A stretch of DNA of 63,362 nt, the filler included, from Licmophora abbreviata (Eukaryota): the NCBI GenBank assembly GCA_900291995.1. It is 13 parts of 13 records of this genome, joined end to end, with 100 filler letters (N's around TTAATTAATTAA, not from the genome) between each part and the next. Parts side by side here need not be neighbours in the genome. Positions count along the whole stretch, not along the records: positions 21,716 to 38,029 come from OLMU01004753.1; positions 38,130 to 39,980 come from OLMU01004754.1; positions 40,081 to 42,648 come from OLMU01004756.1; positions 42,749 to 47,843 come from OLMU01004757.1; 9 more parts are not named here. One strand, written 5' to 3'. The notes below the pieces were generated by a model. That model saw only the letters and a program-made list of their open reading frames with translations. It was not told where the DNA came from and searched no databases. Within the stretch, counting starts at the first letter, position 1. Every line of letters begins with the position of its first letter. A program made the translations under genes and the position numbers. This document shows, piece by piece, positions 31,167-43,415 of this stretch.

Positions 31167-32270
31167 ATGACGGTGTCTGCGTTGCTACTTCTGACAGGGA
31201 CGACCTTGTTCGCATCGGCAACCGCCTTTGTACAGCGATCTGCCCACCGATGCCAATCTCAGAGCCTGAACCTGTTTCCAGACCACAACAAAGCTGATTC
31301 CTCATTGGCGGACGATCGCCGCAGGTTCCTGTTGGTGTCGTCTTCGCTTCTATCTACAGCTGCGGTACCAACAGCGTCTCTCGCTGTTGAACGCGCTGTA
31401 GGCAGCGCCGAACTAAAATGCAGAGAAGAAGGAAACTGCCTTCAGAAAGGCGAATGGGACGGAGCAGTAGGATGGCAGTGGGGAGGCAAAGATCGGTGCG
31501 ACTCGACTGACCCGCTCTGCGGACCAGACGGTGTACTGCGTAGTGAACCCGTGAAGGGTTCGCCAGTCCCGACGCCGGCAGCTCAAATGACACATCAGGT
31601 CGAGTTACGACTAGCGATAGGGCGGGGTGGTGAAGAAGGAACGCTGCGATTCGGATTGTATGGAAACGACTGTCCAGTGAGTGTCAGCCAGCTGGTGAAT
31701 TTTCTGTCACCGAGCGGGCTCGCGACCACCAGCAAATTATTGTTTGAAGAAGGATATGGCGTCATTTCAGATCCCGTTACTATGACTAAAGGAGGTGCAT
31801 TGAATCTCATTGTACCCGGACAACGACTCGACTTTGGCGTGCCATCCCAGGCGGCTGCCTTTGCGAAACGCCGTGGCATGGCCAAGGCCGGCGACAACTT
31901 CACACCGCAACCCAGACCGAAAGACGCGGCAATCAAGGACTCTTTTCCAAGAAAACACGATGTACCAGGACTTCTGTCGATGCCAGTGAAAGGCCTTGGG
32001 TACGGGGGATCGGGGTTTGAAAGCGAGGACGAGGCATTCGCGAGTGCCTTCCAAGTCACAGCTGACGCTGTTCCGTCGATGGATCGGGAGGGACGTCGTG
32101 TTGTCGGTCAGATACTGGACGCCGAATCCATGGAATTTCTTGCTCGAGTTGCCACACTCCCAACAAGTAAGGGTATCAAGGGGGTCATACCCGGACAAAA
32201 CTCTGGCCCTCCGCTTTTGCGCGTTTCCATACAAGACATTCGAAGTCAACCCATCTCCGGCAATGCATGA
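31167..32270 (+). CDS. Thylakoid-lumen cyclophilin-like PPIase with tripartite targeting sequence
   Basis: Signal peptide ending ASATA-F (ASAF-type plastid motif), twin-arginine RRRFL plus ASLA lumenal cleavage site, LRFGLYGNDCP..V and VVGQILD motifs. Confidence 0.72.
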   Translation: MTVSALLLLTGTTLFASATAFVQRSAHRCQSQSLNLFPDHNKADSSLADDRRRFLLVSSSLLSTAAVPTASLAVERAVGSAELKCREEGNCLQKGEWDGAVGWQWGGKDRCDSTDPLCGPDGVLRSEPVKGSPVPTPAAQMTHQVELRLAIGRGGEEGTLRFGLYGNDCPVSVSQLVNFLSPSGLATTSKLLFEEGYGVISDPVTMTKGGALNLIVPGQRLDFGVPSQAAAFAKRRGMAKAGDNFTPQPRPKDAAIKDSFPRKHDVPGLLSMPVKGLGYGGSGFESEDEAFASAFQVTADAVPSMDREGRRVVGQILDAESMEFLARVATLPTSKGIKGVIPGQNSGPPLLRVSIQDIRSQPISGNA

Positions 32271-32673
32271 CTGAGTCGATCTCAAATCCTGACGATGGTG
32301 CTAGCTAGCATACTCAAAACCCTTAGCATTTATTCCAATCAACTGCTAGATCGAGTGGTGTATCATACTTCTAGAGATTCCTGCTATTCAATCAAAAATC
32401 AAGAAGAGTGCCAACGTCCGTACTTGGTAAAGGCATGCGCCATCAGTGTGCCCTAGCATGTTCGCAGTCGACCCGTTGGACTCAATCGAGCTAAACTTTC
32501 GAGCTCGTAAACATTGTACGGCCGAGGTTCAAGTAACCTAACCGTCACCCGTGAGTCCACGTTTCGAATGTACGCTACCATGGTAGCAACCACACATCCG
32601 CACACAATTATGAACAGAACGCAGCTCAGTTGAACACAGTCCAGCCCAAACATTGCCACATAGCACAAGCGTC

Positions 32674-34335
32674 ATGGCAAGCTTTACGGTTCCATACGTG
32701 GCACCGAATCCTGATTCGTGGGGTCCGACCGACCAGCAAGACGAAGCGAACCCGAATGCCCCGAAATCCAAGTTTGCGCAGATGCCGTACGCGCCGTTCG
32801 GTCGGTCTGATCGCTTGGGACGCGTTGCCGACTTCACCGGGCGCTACCAGCATTACCACCATTACGACCAGCGCAATCGACGTCGGGATGACAACAAAGA
32901 GTTTCAGTACAAGGTGGACGCTGAAGAACAGAAGGACTTCCAGCTGGTCGATACCAGCAAGGCTGTTTCTAGCAGCAGTGCTCGTCGGTTCGTCACACCG
33001 GCCGCGCGTCGCCGCCAGCATTCGGCTCGTTTGCGCCAGGTAAACGCTCGTCGTCAACAGCAGAATGCCGTGTCGACTGATAGTCGATTCCAGCACACAA
33101 GCAAGACTCGTTCGGGCCGTGGTGCAGGCCGCGGAGGCCGCGGTGGTCGAGGTGGTCGCGGGGGCCGCGGTGGTCGAGGATACTCTCGCTACGGCAATCG
33201 CGTGGATCGCCAAGCATCTGTATCCGTTCAGCCTGATTGGAAGCAAGTGGAAGAACTCGACCTGGCGAAGCTGACGAAAAATATGACAGCGTCGACAGCG
33301 ATGCCCACATCAGACGAGGACGTTTTGTGGTGCGGCTTTGTCGACCAGTACAATGACATCTACGATAAGGTTTCCGCTCGAGCCCCTGTTACTCTCAAGC
33401 GGAACGAAACCAAAGAGTTTTATCCTGTCACGACCACTGACGATCCCGTTTTGGAGAAACTTGCGATCGATCAAGTTGGAAACGTCTTTTGTACCGAGGC
33501 CATCTTGTCGCACTTGATGACATGCTCGCGTTCGGTTTACCCGTGGGATCTCGTTGTTCAGAAGCTCCCCGGTGGCGTACTCTTTTTTGACAAGCGCGAC
33601 AATAGCACGCTCGACTTTTTAACGGTCCACGAAACTTCCTACAACCCTCCCACAAACGAGGAGGCGGGCGGTATCAACACCCCTGAGCGCCTCGGACTCG
33701 AGGCCACGACTGTCCACCAGAACTTCACCCAGCAGATCCTCAAAAAGGCTGGTCGCAAGGATTTCGATCTCCCCAATCCATTCTTTGATGAAGAAGACAA
33801 TGATGGAATGGAGCCGGCCAGTGTGGCCTACCGCTACCGCAAGTTTGACCTGGGCGATGGCCTCAATCTTGTTTGTCGTACTGAGCTGCATGGATACGTA
33901 AAGAAGACTTCTCAGTACATGACGGCTTTTGCCCTGAACGAGTACATTCCGTCCAATCTCAACTGGAGGGACAAGATGGATGCGCAACGAGGGGCTGTCC
34001 TGGCAAATGAGCTGAAGAACAACTCTTTCCAGTTGGCAAAGTGGACGGCTCAGTCCATGTTGGCGGGTGCCGAACAAATGAAGATCGGATTCGTCTCAAG
34101 GACGGCCCCCAAGAATGCATACGAGCATGTGATCCTAGGCACCCAGTTCTACCGCCCTAAGGACTTTGCCAGTCAAATTAATCTGAACGAAGGTGCCATG
34201 TGGGCCATGTTCCGCATGTTTGTTCAGCTATTGGAGAACAAACCTGATGGCAAGTATGTTTTGCTGCGTGATCCCAACAAGCCAATTCTGCGCCTCTTCT
34301 CCGTGCCGCCGAACACATTCGAAGATGACGAGTGA
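32674..34335 (+). CDS. EIF3D: Eukaryotic translation initiation factor 3 subunit D
   Basis: [44 protein letters not shown] and LRDPNKP motifs; RGG-rich insert. Confidence 0.95.
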   Translation: MASFTVPYVAPNPDSWGPTDQQDEANPNAPKSKFAQMPYAPFGRSDRLGRVADFTGRYQHYHHYDQRNRRRDDNKEFQYKVDAEEQKDFQLVDTSKAVSSSSARRFVTPAARRRQHSARLRQVNARRQQQNAVSTDSRFQHTSKTRSGRGAGRGGRGGRGGRGGRGGRGYSRYGNRVDRQASVSVQPDWKQVEELDLAKLTKNMTASTAMPTSDEDVLWCGFVDQYNDIYDKVSARAPVTLKRNETKEFYPVTTTDDPVLEKLAIDQVGNVFCTEAILSHLMTCSRSVYPWDLVVQKLPGGVLFFDKRDNSTLDFLTVHETSYNPPTNEEAGGINTPERLGLEATTVHQNFTQQILKKAGRKDFDLPNPFFDEEDNDGMEPASVAYRYRKFDLGDGLNLVCRTELHGYVKKTSQYMTAFALNEYIPSNLNWRDKMDAQRGAVLANELKNNSFQLAKWTAQSMLAGAEQMKIGFVSRTAPKNAYEHVILGTQFYRPKDFASQINLNEGAMWAMFRMFVQLLENKPDGKYVLLRDPNKPILRLFSVPPNTFEDDE

Positions 34336-34403
34336 AGTAGAGACTACAAGAAACCAATTATCAAAGATGATTATTCCTATCAAAAATTGTTTTTCAGTGT
34401 GCT

Positions 34404-35851
34404 CTATGAATTGAAATTCGTCTGGTTGGGCACCTTGGCCCACCACGGGATTCCATTCTCATCTACTTCTATTTCAATGTCTAAATCGTCATCGCTTTCT
34501 GTCGAGACGTCTTCTTCACATCGCTTCTTCTTTCGATTTCGCTTGTCCTCGATCAAAATCTGGTTGCGCCCGAAGCCATGAATATGCGTCCCCTTAACTT
34601 CTCCGGTCGGATCGCATGCCCGTTGACTTTGGCGACGGCAGCTTCCACACGATACTCCATTGCCTTCTTTGTCGACTTAAGCTCATCAACGAAACGGTCA
34701 GCCCCCATGCAGAACGCACCGGCACTCTGGCCTGCCAATCGAATCATTGAATCGTCAGTTGCCACAATGAACGACCCCGTCGTTTCTCCTCCCGTCACAT
34801 TCCGCGCTTGTGCACATCTCGACTCAATGTAGGAGTCAGCTTCCACCCCGATTCCTGTGAACACCGTTCGTACTCCATATTTTGTCACGGACTTCTTCTC
34901 CGCTTGATCACCGGCCGTGACACGCGCGCGACTCCCCCCAGGTCCATGACCCAGCGGTCCGACTGTGGACCTTCCGGTACCATCAAACACGACTTCGATG
35001 CGCCACCCCTTGAGCGATCGCAAATTCTCCAAGTCGTCGACCAGCAGCTGCCGTGCCCGCTGAGGATCTCCCTTGCTCATGTGCTTTTTGAGCCGTGGCC
35101 ATTTGTGAATGATATTGTATCCATCGACAATCACGAGCGGAGCACTCGCTGTGCGATTCAGAATGACATCCCAGTCAGGATCTTGCCCCCGTCCCTTTCG
35201 TTCCTCTGCCTTGAGTTCTATTTCTTCGTCGTCTGTGGTAAAACATGGAAGCAAGGCAAACATAATAGTGACCGATGAGTCAGTCCAAAAGCTCCGTATA
35301 TCGCACCACCACTACCAAAGAGACCCGACAACATGGCACCTACCCCAGGATCTTCTGTACTTGGTTCGCTGTACCTTCTTTTGTCGAAAACTTGTCCCAG
35401 ATTGCTTTGCCGCTTCTTTTCGCATTTGACCGTACATGATCTGCACCCTCACGGGGACATTGATATCCGTCGAAACCCGCTGCGGTGGTGGTCCCTGATG
35501 AGAAGGTGCCGCAGGAGCAGCCGACTTTTTCTTTCGTTTCTTCTTTCCATCGCCCTTGCCCATCATGACTAGAAAACGCCTTCTTGTTCTAGTTCTGTCG
35601 CCTTGATGTTCCAAGGTGGTATCAAGCGTCATAAGCGAAGTGAGAAACGACGAGGAAGATGGAGCTCGAAGGCAGCCTCGCGACACGAGATCTGAAACCG
35701 CGTCTCCCATCCACCCTGATCGACATGACAGGGGAGGAGGAGTCGAGACCTTTTGTCTTACGCCTCCTTGCCATGAAAACCCCTGAAGTAGGCAGCCCCA
35801 TTCGAAAATCACGATGCAGAGGAGGACAGCGTGCTTTCTCAATGTCGTCAT
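34404..35851 (-). CDS. NYN/YacP-like PIN-fold RNase domain protein, probably organelle-targeted; intron 35343-35233, 1-nt frameshift at about 34590
   Basis: IVDGYNII, VVFDG, EADSYIE and VATDD motifs. GTAGGT...CACAG intron joins W-D|DEEIE. Restoring one G gives KLRGTHIHGFGRNQILIEDK through to TAG at 34404. Confidence 0.75.
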
Positions 35852-36198
35852 GACGGTAAGATTCGACACCGATCCTGGACGAAGACCATGGACGCGGGCA
35901 TGTGTAGAGGACAGTCTTGCGCTGTTCTGACGACGAATGATGAGACAAGGAATACTCTAATGGCTAATGAAATACAGAGCTGATGTGTGGCGCCATGGCA
36001 ACAATCGCCGAGAGGATGACGTTTTCCACGGCGCTTACTCAGTTTGGCGCAGACACTCGAATGTAAAACTGGGCATGAGAATGACGTTCCAAGTTCAAAG
36101 TGACAAACTGACACACAGAACTCACTTCTTCCGGACTTTCGCGCCCGCCAGATCTGAAATTTGGAATCATTTTTTGTGTTTTCTGGCTTGGTCTCACC

Positions 36199-37569
36199 AT
36201 GGCGAGCCCTCTGTCCAGCAGCACTCGCTCAACAGGTGCAGTGGAGCACGCCCAGACTCTGATCATAGACGAGAATCTCAGTTTTCATCGCAAAGTGGAC
36301 CGAAAACGCAGACCAAACCCTTCTTTTATTGGTCTCAAGAGGAGTCAGAGCTACCATGGTGGTGAAACGACCCCGTTGCTCAAGCGCCAGCACTCGTCTT
36401 CGATTCCAGACATTCTTGAGTACGGGGAGAGCTCAAATGGAGACGCGACCCACACAATCCGATTCCAAGTAGTGGTTTGGTACGTTGGAAAAGTTGATGT
36501 CACAGTTGGGAAGGTCCCCATCACTTTTCGACTGACAATATACTGGAATGACCAATCCTCCGACGAAGAAGACGAGGACGCGATGAATGACATGGACACA
36601 GCAATTTCCACAGCTTCTACTTCTCGCACCCTGCTCACATGGAGTATGCGAGGCCGACAACATGCCGTCCAGAACGAGCTCAAGGACGTCCCGCTAAAGA
36701 CAATAGAAGTACCACCGGTATCGATTCTCAATACGTCTACCTTTGATACAATCGGATCGGCAGAAGTCACCATGTTGAGAGAAGACACGCGACTCATGCG
36801 ATGGACGTGTATGTATCGAGCTACCTTGATTCAAGACTCCTTGACGGTCGAAGACTTTCCTCACGACCAGCACGAAATCACGCTCAAGTTGGCCATTCTG
36901 GCCCATCGGAATCGAGGGCGACAGTGGGATCGGAATGTTTGGAAGCTGGGACTAGCGACGGAGGATGACTCACAAGGAAGCACGCGTATGGCGTACGGCT
37001 TGATTGTGGATCAAGTCAAGATTCCTGGCTTTCTATTCAACAAAGAAGAGGGTCTGGACTTTGAAATTGCACCTCTCGAACATGGTCCCGCCGGCGGCGT
37101 TCGGAAGGAAGGCAACGATGAGTGTCTCCAAGTGAAGCTTTCCGTTTTGCGCGATAGTGGGTACTACGACAAGAACATAATGCCGCTGGTGGCCTTTCTG
37201 AATTTGGTGGCTGTTTCTATTCTATGCCTAGGAGCTGACGAATTCTTTCAACGCGGATTGCTCACCTTGCAGATAACCTTTGTCGAGATTGGTATCCGAA
37301 TGACGACCGATTCTCATTTACCCAGTGTGGCGTACCAGATCAAGATGCAACGCCTCTTGAATGAGTATTTCTATGGACTCTTGCTGCTCGTACTAGAGAG
37401 CATGGTAGTCTACGAACTGCACGTTGACTTCGGATGGTCTGCCAAGGCCACGAACGCCATTGACTGGCTGGCAGCCGTGCTTTCTCTGTGTCACAATTGT
37501 TACAGCGTTGTTGCATACTACTGGGACGCTCGAAAGGCAAAGCAGATGTTGCTGGCAAGCACGCCATAG
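36199..37569 (+). CDS. Pentameric ligand-gated ion channel-like protein (Cys-less Pro-loop type)
   Basis: Beta-rich domain with FPHD Pro-loop, VLRDSGYY pre-M1 Arg, IMP kink in M1, LPSVAY M2-M3 loop and four C-terminal TM helices. Confidence 0.75.
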   Translation: MASPLSSSTRSTGAVEHAQTLIIDENLSFHRKVDRKRRPNPSFIGLKRSQSYHGGETTPLLKRQHSSSIPDILEYGESSNGDATHTIRFQVVVWYVGKVDVTVGKVPITFRLTIYWNDQSSDEEDEDAMNDMDTAISTASTSRTLLTWSMRGRQHAVQNELKDVPLKTIEVPPVSILNTSTFDTIGSAEVTMLREDTRLMRWTCMYRATLIQDSLTVEDFPHDQHEITLKLAILAHRNRGRQWDRNVWKLGLATEDDSQGSTRMAYGLIVDQVKIPGFLFNKEEGLDFEIAPLEHGPAGGVRKEGNDECLQVKLSVLRDSGYYDKNIMPLVAFLNLVAVSILCLGADEFFQRGLLTLQITFVEIGIRMTTDSHLPSVAYQIKMQRLLNEYFYGLLLLVLESMVVYELHVDFGWSAKATNAIDWLAAVLSLCHNCYSVVAYYWDARKAKQMLLASTP

Positions 37570-37890
37570 TTAGGAACGTATCAAAAGTCAAAAGTAGGAA
37601 GGCCTGGGCTTCTCTCATATACTTACTGCATCTATATCGGTCGAGCACAGAAGAGGGCGGCTATGGGATCTTTTTTGTAGAGCTCGTGATGAGGTTATCA
37701 GGCACCGCCCTGCGATCCGCCGCACGGGAGACCTCTCTCTCTCTCTCACAGCTTGCTATCACCATCAACCACAAGACACCAGCACAGTGCGCAGTGAATG
37801 CGTCGACGAAGAGTGCTGTGTGACTGTCGTTTTCAGGCATCAAGCCATACAAAAACAAAGCCTCAGCAACAGATCCTTGAGGGGGGAACA

Positions 37891-39009
37891 ATGAGAAAGA
37901 ACACGTCTCTCAAAGGGTCTCGTCGATCGATGCGTCAGAGCCACATGCGAATGGGTGTTCTACAGACGCTGCTCTCCATTCTAGTACTATCACAGAGTTC
38001 CAATGCATGTCATGCATCTATCTGTACAGNNNNNNNNNNNNNNNNNNNNNNNNNNNNNNNNNNNNNNNNNNNNTTAATTAATTAANNNNNNNNNNNNNNN
38101 NNNNNNNNNNNNNNNNNNNNNNNNNNNNNAACTCAGCCAGCCAGGCTCGATAGCGAGTCACCAAGACTGACCGGGTACACGAGGAGGACAGAAGAAGAGA
38201 GTTTTGCCTCTGACACGAACGACGGAAGTCTTCCAAGGCACGTTGCTTTCGTTTGCGACGGCAACTCGCGGTGGGCCCAAGCACGGCTGCTACCTGCGTC
38301 AGCTGGCCATGCAGCCGGGGCCGACAGACTGGTGGACTGTCTCGATGCCTTGAAGCGGAAGGGAGTTCAGTGTTGTACCATGTATGGGTTCTCTACAGAG
38401 AACTGGAGTCGATCACCGGACGAAATTCGAGACGTGTTGGCCGTCATGGAACTCACGGCCAAGCGGTTCTACGCGAGAGCAATGAACGAGAACCTGAGAG
38501 TGAAAATTTTGGGCGACCTGCACGATGAGCGCATTCCCTCGAGTCTTAGGGAGACTTTATGGCGTTTAGAACGAGATACTTCTGCCGATAGCAAGCTGCG
38601 CCAGCGGCATGGGTGGCAGACCACAGGAAACAGCAGACACCTGACTCTATGCATTGCGGTCAACTACGGCGGGCGTCAAGATATTGTCAATGCAAGTAAA
38701 AAACTGGCACATCTCGTTTCCTCTGGAGAACTGAATGCCAACGACGTCTCAGAAGAAGACTTTGCGTCGTGTCTGTGCACGTCTGGTGTTCCCGATCCTG
38801 ATCTCATTGTCCGTACTGGCGGCGAGCAACGGCTATCCAACTTTCTACTATGGAATGCAGCCTACGCAGAACTCTATTTCACGGACACGCTTTGGCCTGA
38901 CTTCAACGAGGCTTCTCTGGGGGAGGCCTTGGAGTGGTATTCGACGCGATCAAGGAGATTCGGTGGACGACACGAGTCTGTGGCTGCACTGAATGGAACA
39001 AGCAGATAG
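37891..39009 (+). CDS. cis-prenyltransferase (undecaprenyl/dehydrodolichyl diphosphate synthase family), split by a linker
   Basis: Frame open from 38131: PRHVAFVCDGNSRWA, FSTENWSR, NYGGRQDI, RTGGEQRLSNFLLW and RRFGG. A hydrophobic leader lies before the gap; that join is inferred. Confidence 0.88.
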
Positions 39010-39066
39010 CGAAATAGCTAGACTTGGTCTTTCCCTTCGATTCCTAGCGTGCTAGCTCAATCGGGA

Positions 39067-39980
39067 CTAACATTTCCATCGGTTCCCACAGTTCATGCAG
39101 AACACAAACACCGTCATTGGTTCATCAGCACTCCGAGTCTGCTTTTGCGTGCTTGTGGTCTTAATACTCTTGCACCGGCCACATGTGAACAGACTTGCAT
39201 TCTTCAGATCTCCCACAATGCCACACATCTCGTTGATCTTGTCCTCGTTCGCTTGTTCCCAGTCGAGCCGTCGCGAGTCGCCCAGCTTCTTCACACCTTC
39301 TTCCCGCTCGTGATTCTTTTCTGCAGTCGCCAGTTGTTCAGTAGACAGTTTCACCAGTTGCTGCGCTGTTATCTTTCCCAACACAACTCGTTGCCGGAGC
39401 GGGGCGTTCTTTTTCAAGTTGAAGACCAGACTGCGCGCCTTCTCAGTATACGCACTACGATTGCTACCAAGTATCTCTTGCATAGCCGCTTCCACTTCAG
39501 ACGTGCGAGAGGCACAAAGTTGCGTGACAGCAGTCTCATTCACCCCCTCATCCTTCACCAGTTTCTGCTTGGACGAGTCCAGGACCGCAAAGAGCATGTT
39601 GCAAATGTTCTTTCGGAGAGGCGGCAAGTCGTTCCACTCGTCCGACTCCGAAGGGTCGGTCGCGGAACCAGCACTGTCGCGTCGCTCCGTGGGGGGAGGC
39701 TTCTTGGCTATGCCATTGTTACTAGCCGACGAGGCTGTAGGGTTTGGTTGTTGATTCTGCTGCTTCGCGAGGGCCTTCCACTTTTTGATGAGTCTCTTGG
39801 CTGTAGGAGCCAAAGCAGAATGACTCTTGCATTTGCTCACGACTGTACCAATGAGAGTGTCCGTGAGTATCTCCAGCGTCACACTGCATTCGTCAAGGCG
39901 TTGCAGAATGTCCTTGCAGCGTTCCAGTGCTACTGTATGCGATACTTGATCTGTGGCTTCTGCCGGGGATAGGTGAGGCA
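39067..39980 (-). CDS. Transcription elongation factor TFIIS, 5' partial
   Basis: CGRCKS...QTRSADEPMTVFVFCMNCGNRWKC zinc ribbon; KARSLVFNLK domain II. Confidence 0.95.
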
Positions 39981-40080
39981 NNNNNNNNNNNNNNNNNNNN
40001 NNNNNNNNNNNNNNNNNNNNNNNNTTAATTAATTAANNNNNNNNNNNNNNNNNNNNNNNNNNNNNNNNNNNNNNNNNNNN

Positions 40081-43000
40081 CTCAGCTTCGTGCCGATGTG
40101 CGCACCATGGGATCGTTGCTTGGCAAGATTATCCAGGATCACAATGGCTCGGAAGTGTACGACAAGGTCGAAGCTATGCGTAGCTTTGCCAAGGTACGTA
40201 CTATTGCTCAAAACTCACCCCACTGTGCACGCCGAACCAGCCGCAACGACCGCCATGCTGACTTTCCTTGTCTTTACGAAAACAAACACAGACTTGGCGC
40301 GAGGCAGGTGCCGGTCGTGATGATTCCAAAGAAGCTGAAGCAAAGGAAGCCTTTTCCAGTTTGGCGTCGTTCGCCGCCTCGCTTAGTGACGACGACTTGT
40401 TTTGGGTAAGCCGAGCCTTCACGCATTTCTTGGCCATCGCGAACGCCGCTGAAGGACATCACCGGTCCCGACGTCTTCAGGAGAGACTCCATGGAAGTCC
40501 TGGTGCGCTCTCGGACAAGCCAGACTCTTGTGGAGGAGTTCTGCCTTCCCTCACCGAGAAGTACGGCCCTGATCAGGTATACGATGCACTGACGACGCAG
40601 ACGGTCGAACTAGTCTTGACGGCTCATCCGACAGAGGTGAATCGTCGTACGATTCGCGACAAGCAGCGACGCGTGCAGCAGATCTTGACCAAAGCTGATG
40701 GATACCGTGCCATGGGACGATCTACCAGCTATCAGGAAGATGAACTCAATGACGCTCTCCACCGTGAGATTTCGGCTCTCTGGCAGTCGGACGAAGTATC
40801 TCGTCAGAAGCCTACCCCGCAGTTTGAAGCAGAGCGTGGTACTTTGGTGGTTGAAACAGTTTTGTGGGAAGCAGTGCCGAAATACCTTCGCAAGCTGGAT
40901 GCCACCATGAAGGCTTCGCTCGGCAAGGGTCTTCCGCTTGACTCATCTCCTATTCGCTTTGCCAGCTGGATGGGCGGCGATCGCGATGGTAATCCCAACG
41001 TCACACCCAATGTCACCAGGGAGGTCCTTGCTTCGAAGCGTTACAAGGCTGCGTCTCTTTTTGCTAGTGACCTCAAGCGCCTTCAGGCGGAACTCTCCAT
41101 TACAGACTGTTCAGATGAAATGCGTGGCGTAGTCGGAGACGCAAGAGAGCCGTATCGTGCTTTCCTCCAACCGGTAAGTGGAGAGTTGTGGTCGCGACGT
41201 GCCCCCGTATCCCCTTCGGATTCTTATTTCGTTGCTGCACCACTCGCATGTTTTCTAGATCATTGAAAAACTCGAGCTCACGAAGGAATGGGCCGAACAG
41301 AGGCTTGACAGGCTACATGAGGGTCGCCTGACGTACCTGGCCGACAGTATCGCGTTAGATGATATCTACGTGGCGAAAGCTGATCTCCAGAAAGATCTCA
41401 TGTTGGTTCATCGCTCATTGAGCAGTACTGGAAATGAGATTACTGCGAACGGATTCTTGTGCGACATTCTTCGCAACATTTCTGCCTTTGGCTTGACTCT
41501 CGTGCCCTTGGACGTTCGTCAGGAAAGCGACCGTCACACGGAGGCCCTCGACTGCATCTGCCGATACCTTGGCTTGGGAAGTTACACGCAATGGGACGAG
41601 AAAACTCGCATTAGCTGGATCCAGCAGCAGCTCGCGTCTTCGCGACCACTCGTGCGCCCTGGGGATTGGAGCAAACACCCCGAGGTGTTCACTCCCACAG
41701 CCGTCGACACACTTGAGACGTTTCAGATGATTGCTGAGATGCAGGAAGATTCCCTTGGTGCCTATGTCATCAGCCAAGCTACGACGGCGAGCGATGTCTT
41801 AGCGGTTCTGCTGCTGCAGCGTGATGCAGGAGTGAAGGATCCGTTGCGTGTGGCTCCGTTGTTCGAGACTCTCGATGATTTGAATGGTGCTACGGATACA
41901 ATGGAGACTCTTTTCAGTCTCCCTGCATACATGGGCAGTATTAACGGGAAGCAAGAAGTGATGATTGGCTATTCTGATTCCGCCAAGGACGCTGGACGGC
42001 TGTCAGCTAGCTGGGCCCAATACGAGACTCAGGAGAAGCTAGCTGCCGTCGCTAAGAAGCATGGCGTGGATATGACCTTCTTCCATGGAAAGGGAGGAAC
42101 TGTGGGTCGTGGAGGCAATCCTGCGACCTTTGACGCTATTCTGGCGCATGCCCCCGATACCATCAACGGGCAGTTCCGTGTGACTGAGCAGGGAGAGATG
42201 ATCAATCAGAACTTCGGTCATGGTGATCGTGCCGAACGCACCATGGATATCTACACGGCGGCAGTCTTGGCGGAAAAGCTCACCAAACGTCCCACGCCTG
42301 GACAGGACTGGAGGGACATGATGCATAAGCTGTCTGACATCAGTTGCGATGCCTACCGACGCATTGTCCGTGGCGACGAGCGCTTCGTCCCCTACTTCCG
42401 GTCGGCTACACCAGAACTAGAGCTCTCCAGTCTCAACATTGGCTCTCGCCCGGCGAAACGCAAGGCTACTGGTGGTGTCGAGAGTCTTCGGGCGATTCCT
42501 TGGAATTTCTCTTGGACTCAGACTCGCTTGAACCTGCCAACCTGGCTCGGTGTCGGGGAGGCCGTGAGCCAGGTCCTTGAAAGTGAGGATGCGGAGACTC
42601 TGCGGACCATGTACAAAGAATGGGGCTCATTCAACACGACCATTGACTNNNNNNNNNNNNNNNNNNNNNNNNNNNNNNNNNNNNNNNNNNNNTTAATTAA
42701 TTAANNNNNNNNNNNNNNNNNNNNNNNNNNNNNNNNNNNNNNNNNNNNGAGACTCTGCGGACCATGTACAAAGAATGGGGCTCATTCAACACGACCATTG
42801 ACTTGGTTGAGATGGTTCTGGCCAAGTCTGAGCCATCCATTGCCCGTCACTACGATGATGTCCTTGTGACGGACCCGATGGCCCAAGAGCTGGGTTCAGA
42901 AGTCCGCACCCTCCATGGCGCCACCGAAAAAGCAGTGCTGAATCTGACAGAGCACAAAATTTTGAGCGAAAACAATAAACTGCTTCGCCGCATGATGCAG

Positions 43001-43156
43001 GTGCGAAATCCCTATGTCGACTGCTTGAACGTACTTCAAGCTGAGACTCTCAAGAGAATCCGGGCGCATGACGAAGGCAAAGAAGGAAAAGTGCTTAAAG
43101 ACGCTCTCATGACAACCATTACTGGAGTTGCCAATGGTATGGGCAATACTGGTTAA
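40081..43156 (+). CDS. ppc: Phosphoenolpyruvate carboxylase (PEPC), 5' partial; introns 40194-40291 and 41174-41258; linker with 55-nt contig overlap
   Basis: VLTAHPT, SWMGGDRDGNP, QEVMIGYSDSAKDAG, SLRAIPW and C-terminal GNTG. Both GT-AG introns restore the frame. Confidence 0.96.
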
Positions 43157-43415
43157 GATGATAAATGCGTTCTTATTTTTGTTTTACGACTTACGATGCC
43201 GTTGACCTGCACGGGATCTCGTATCGTACAAGAGTCCGCATTCAGTTTTGAGTTCGACGAAGAGCTTGAAAGCACGAGCTTTGTGCGTGCAATCCACAGA
43301 GCTCGAGATTGACTTTGGCGGGAAAAAAGAAAAAAAATTCATCGAATCTTTCGTTGACTTACACATTCAATGAGAGCGTCACTCCATTGCCGCAGTAATC
43401 TCTACCATTTTCACC

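Noticed and set aside
33110..33185. GC-rich tandem repeat GGCCGCGGTGGTCGAGG
   Set aside because: It simply encodes the RGG-rich insert of eIF3d.
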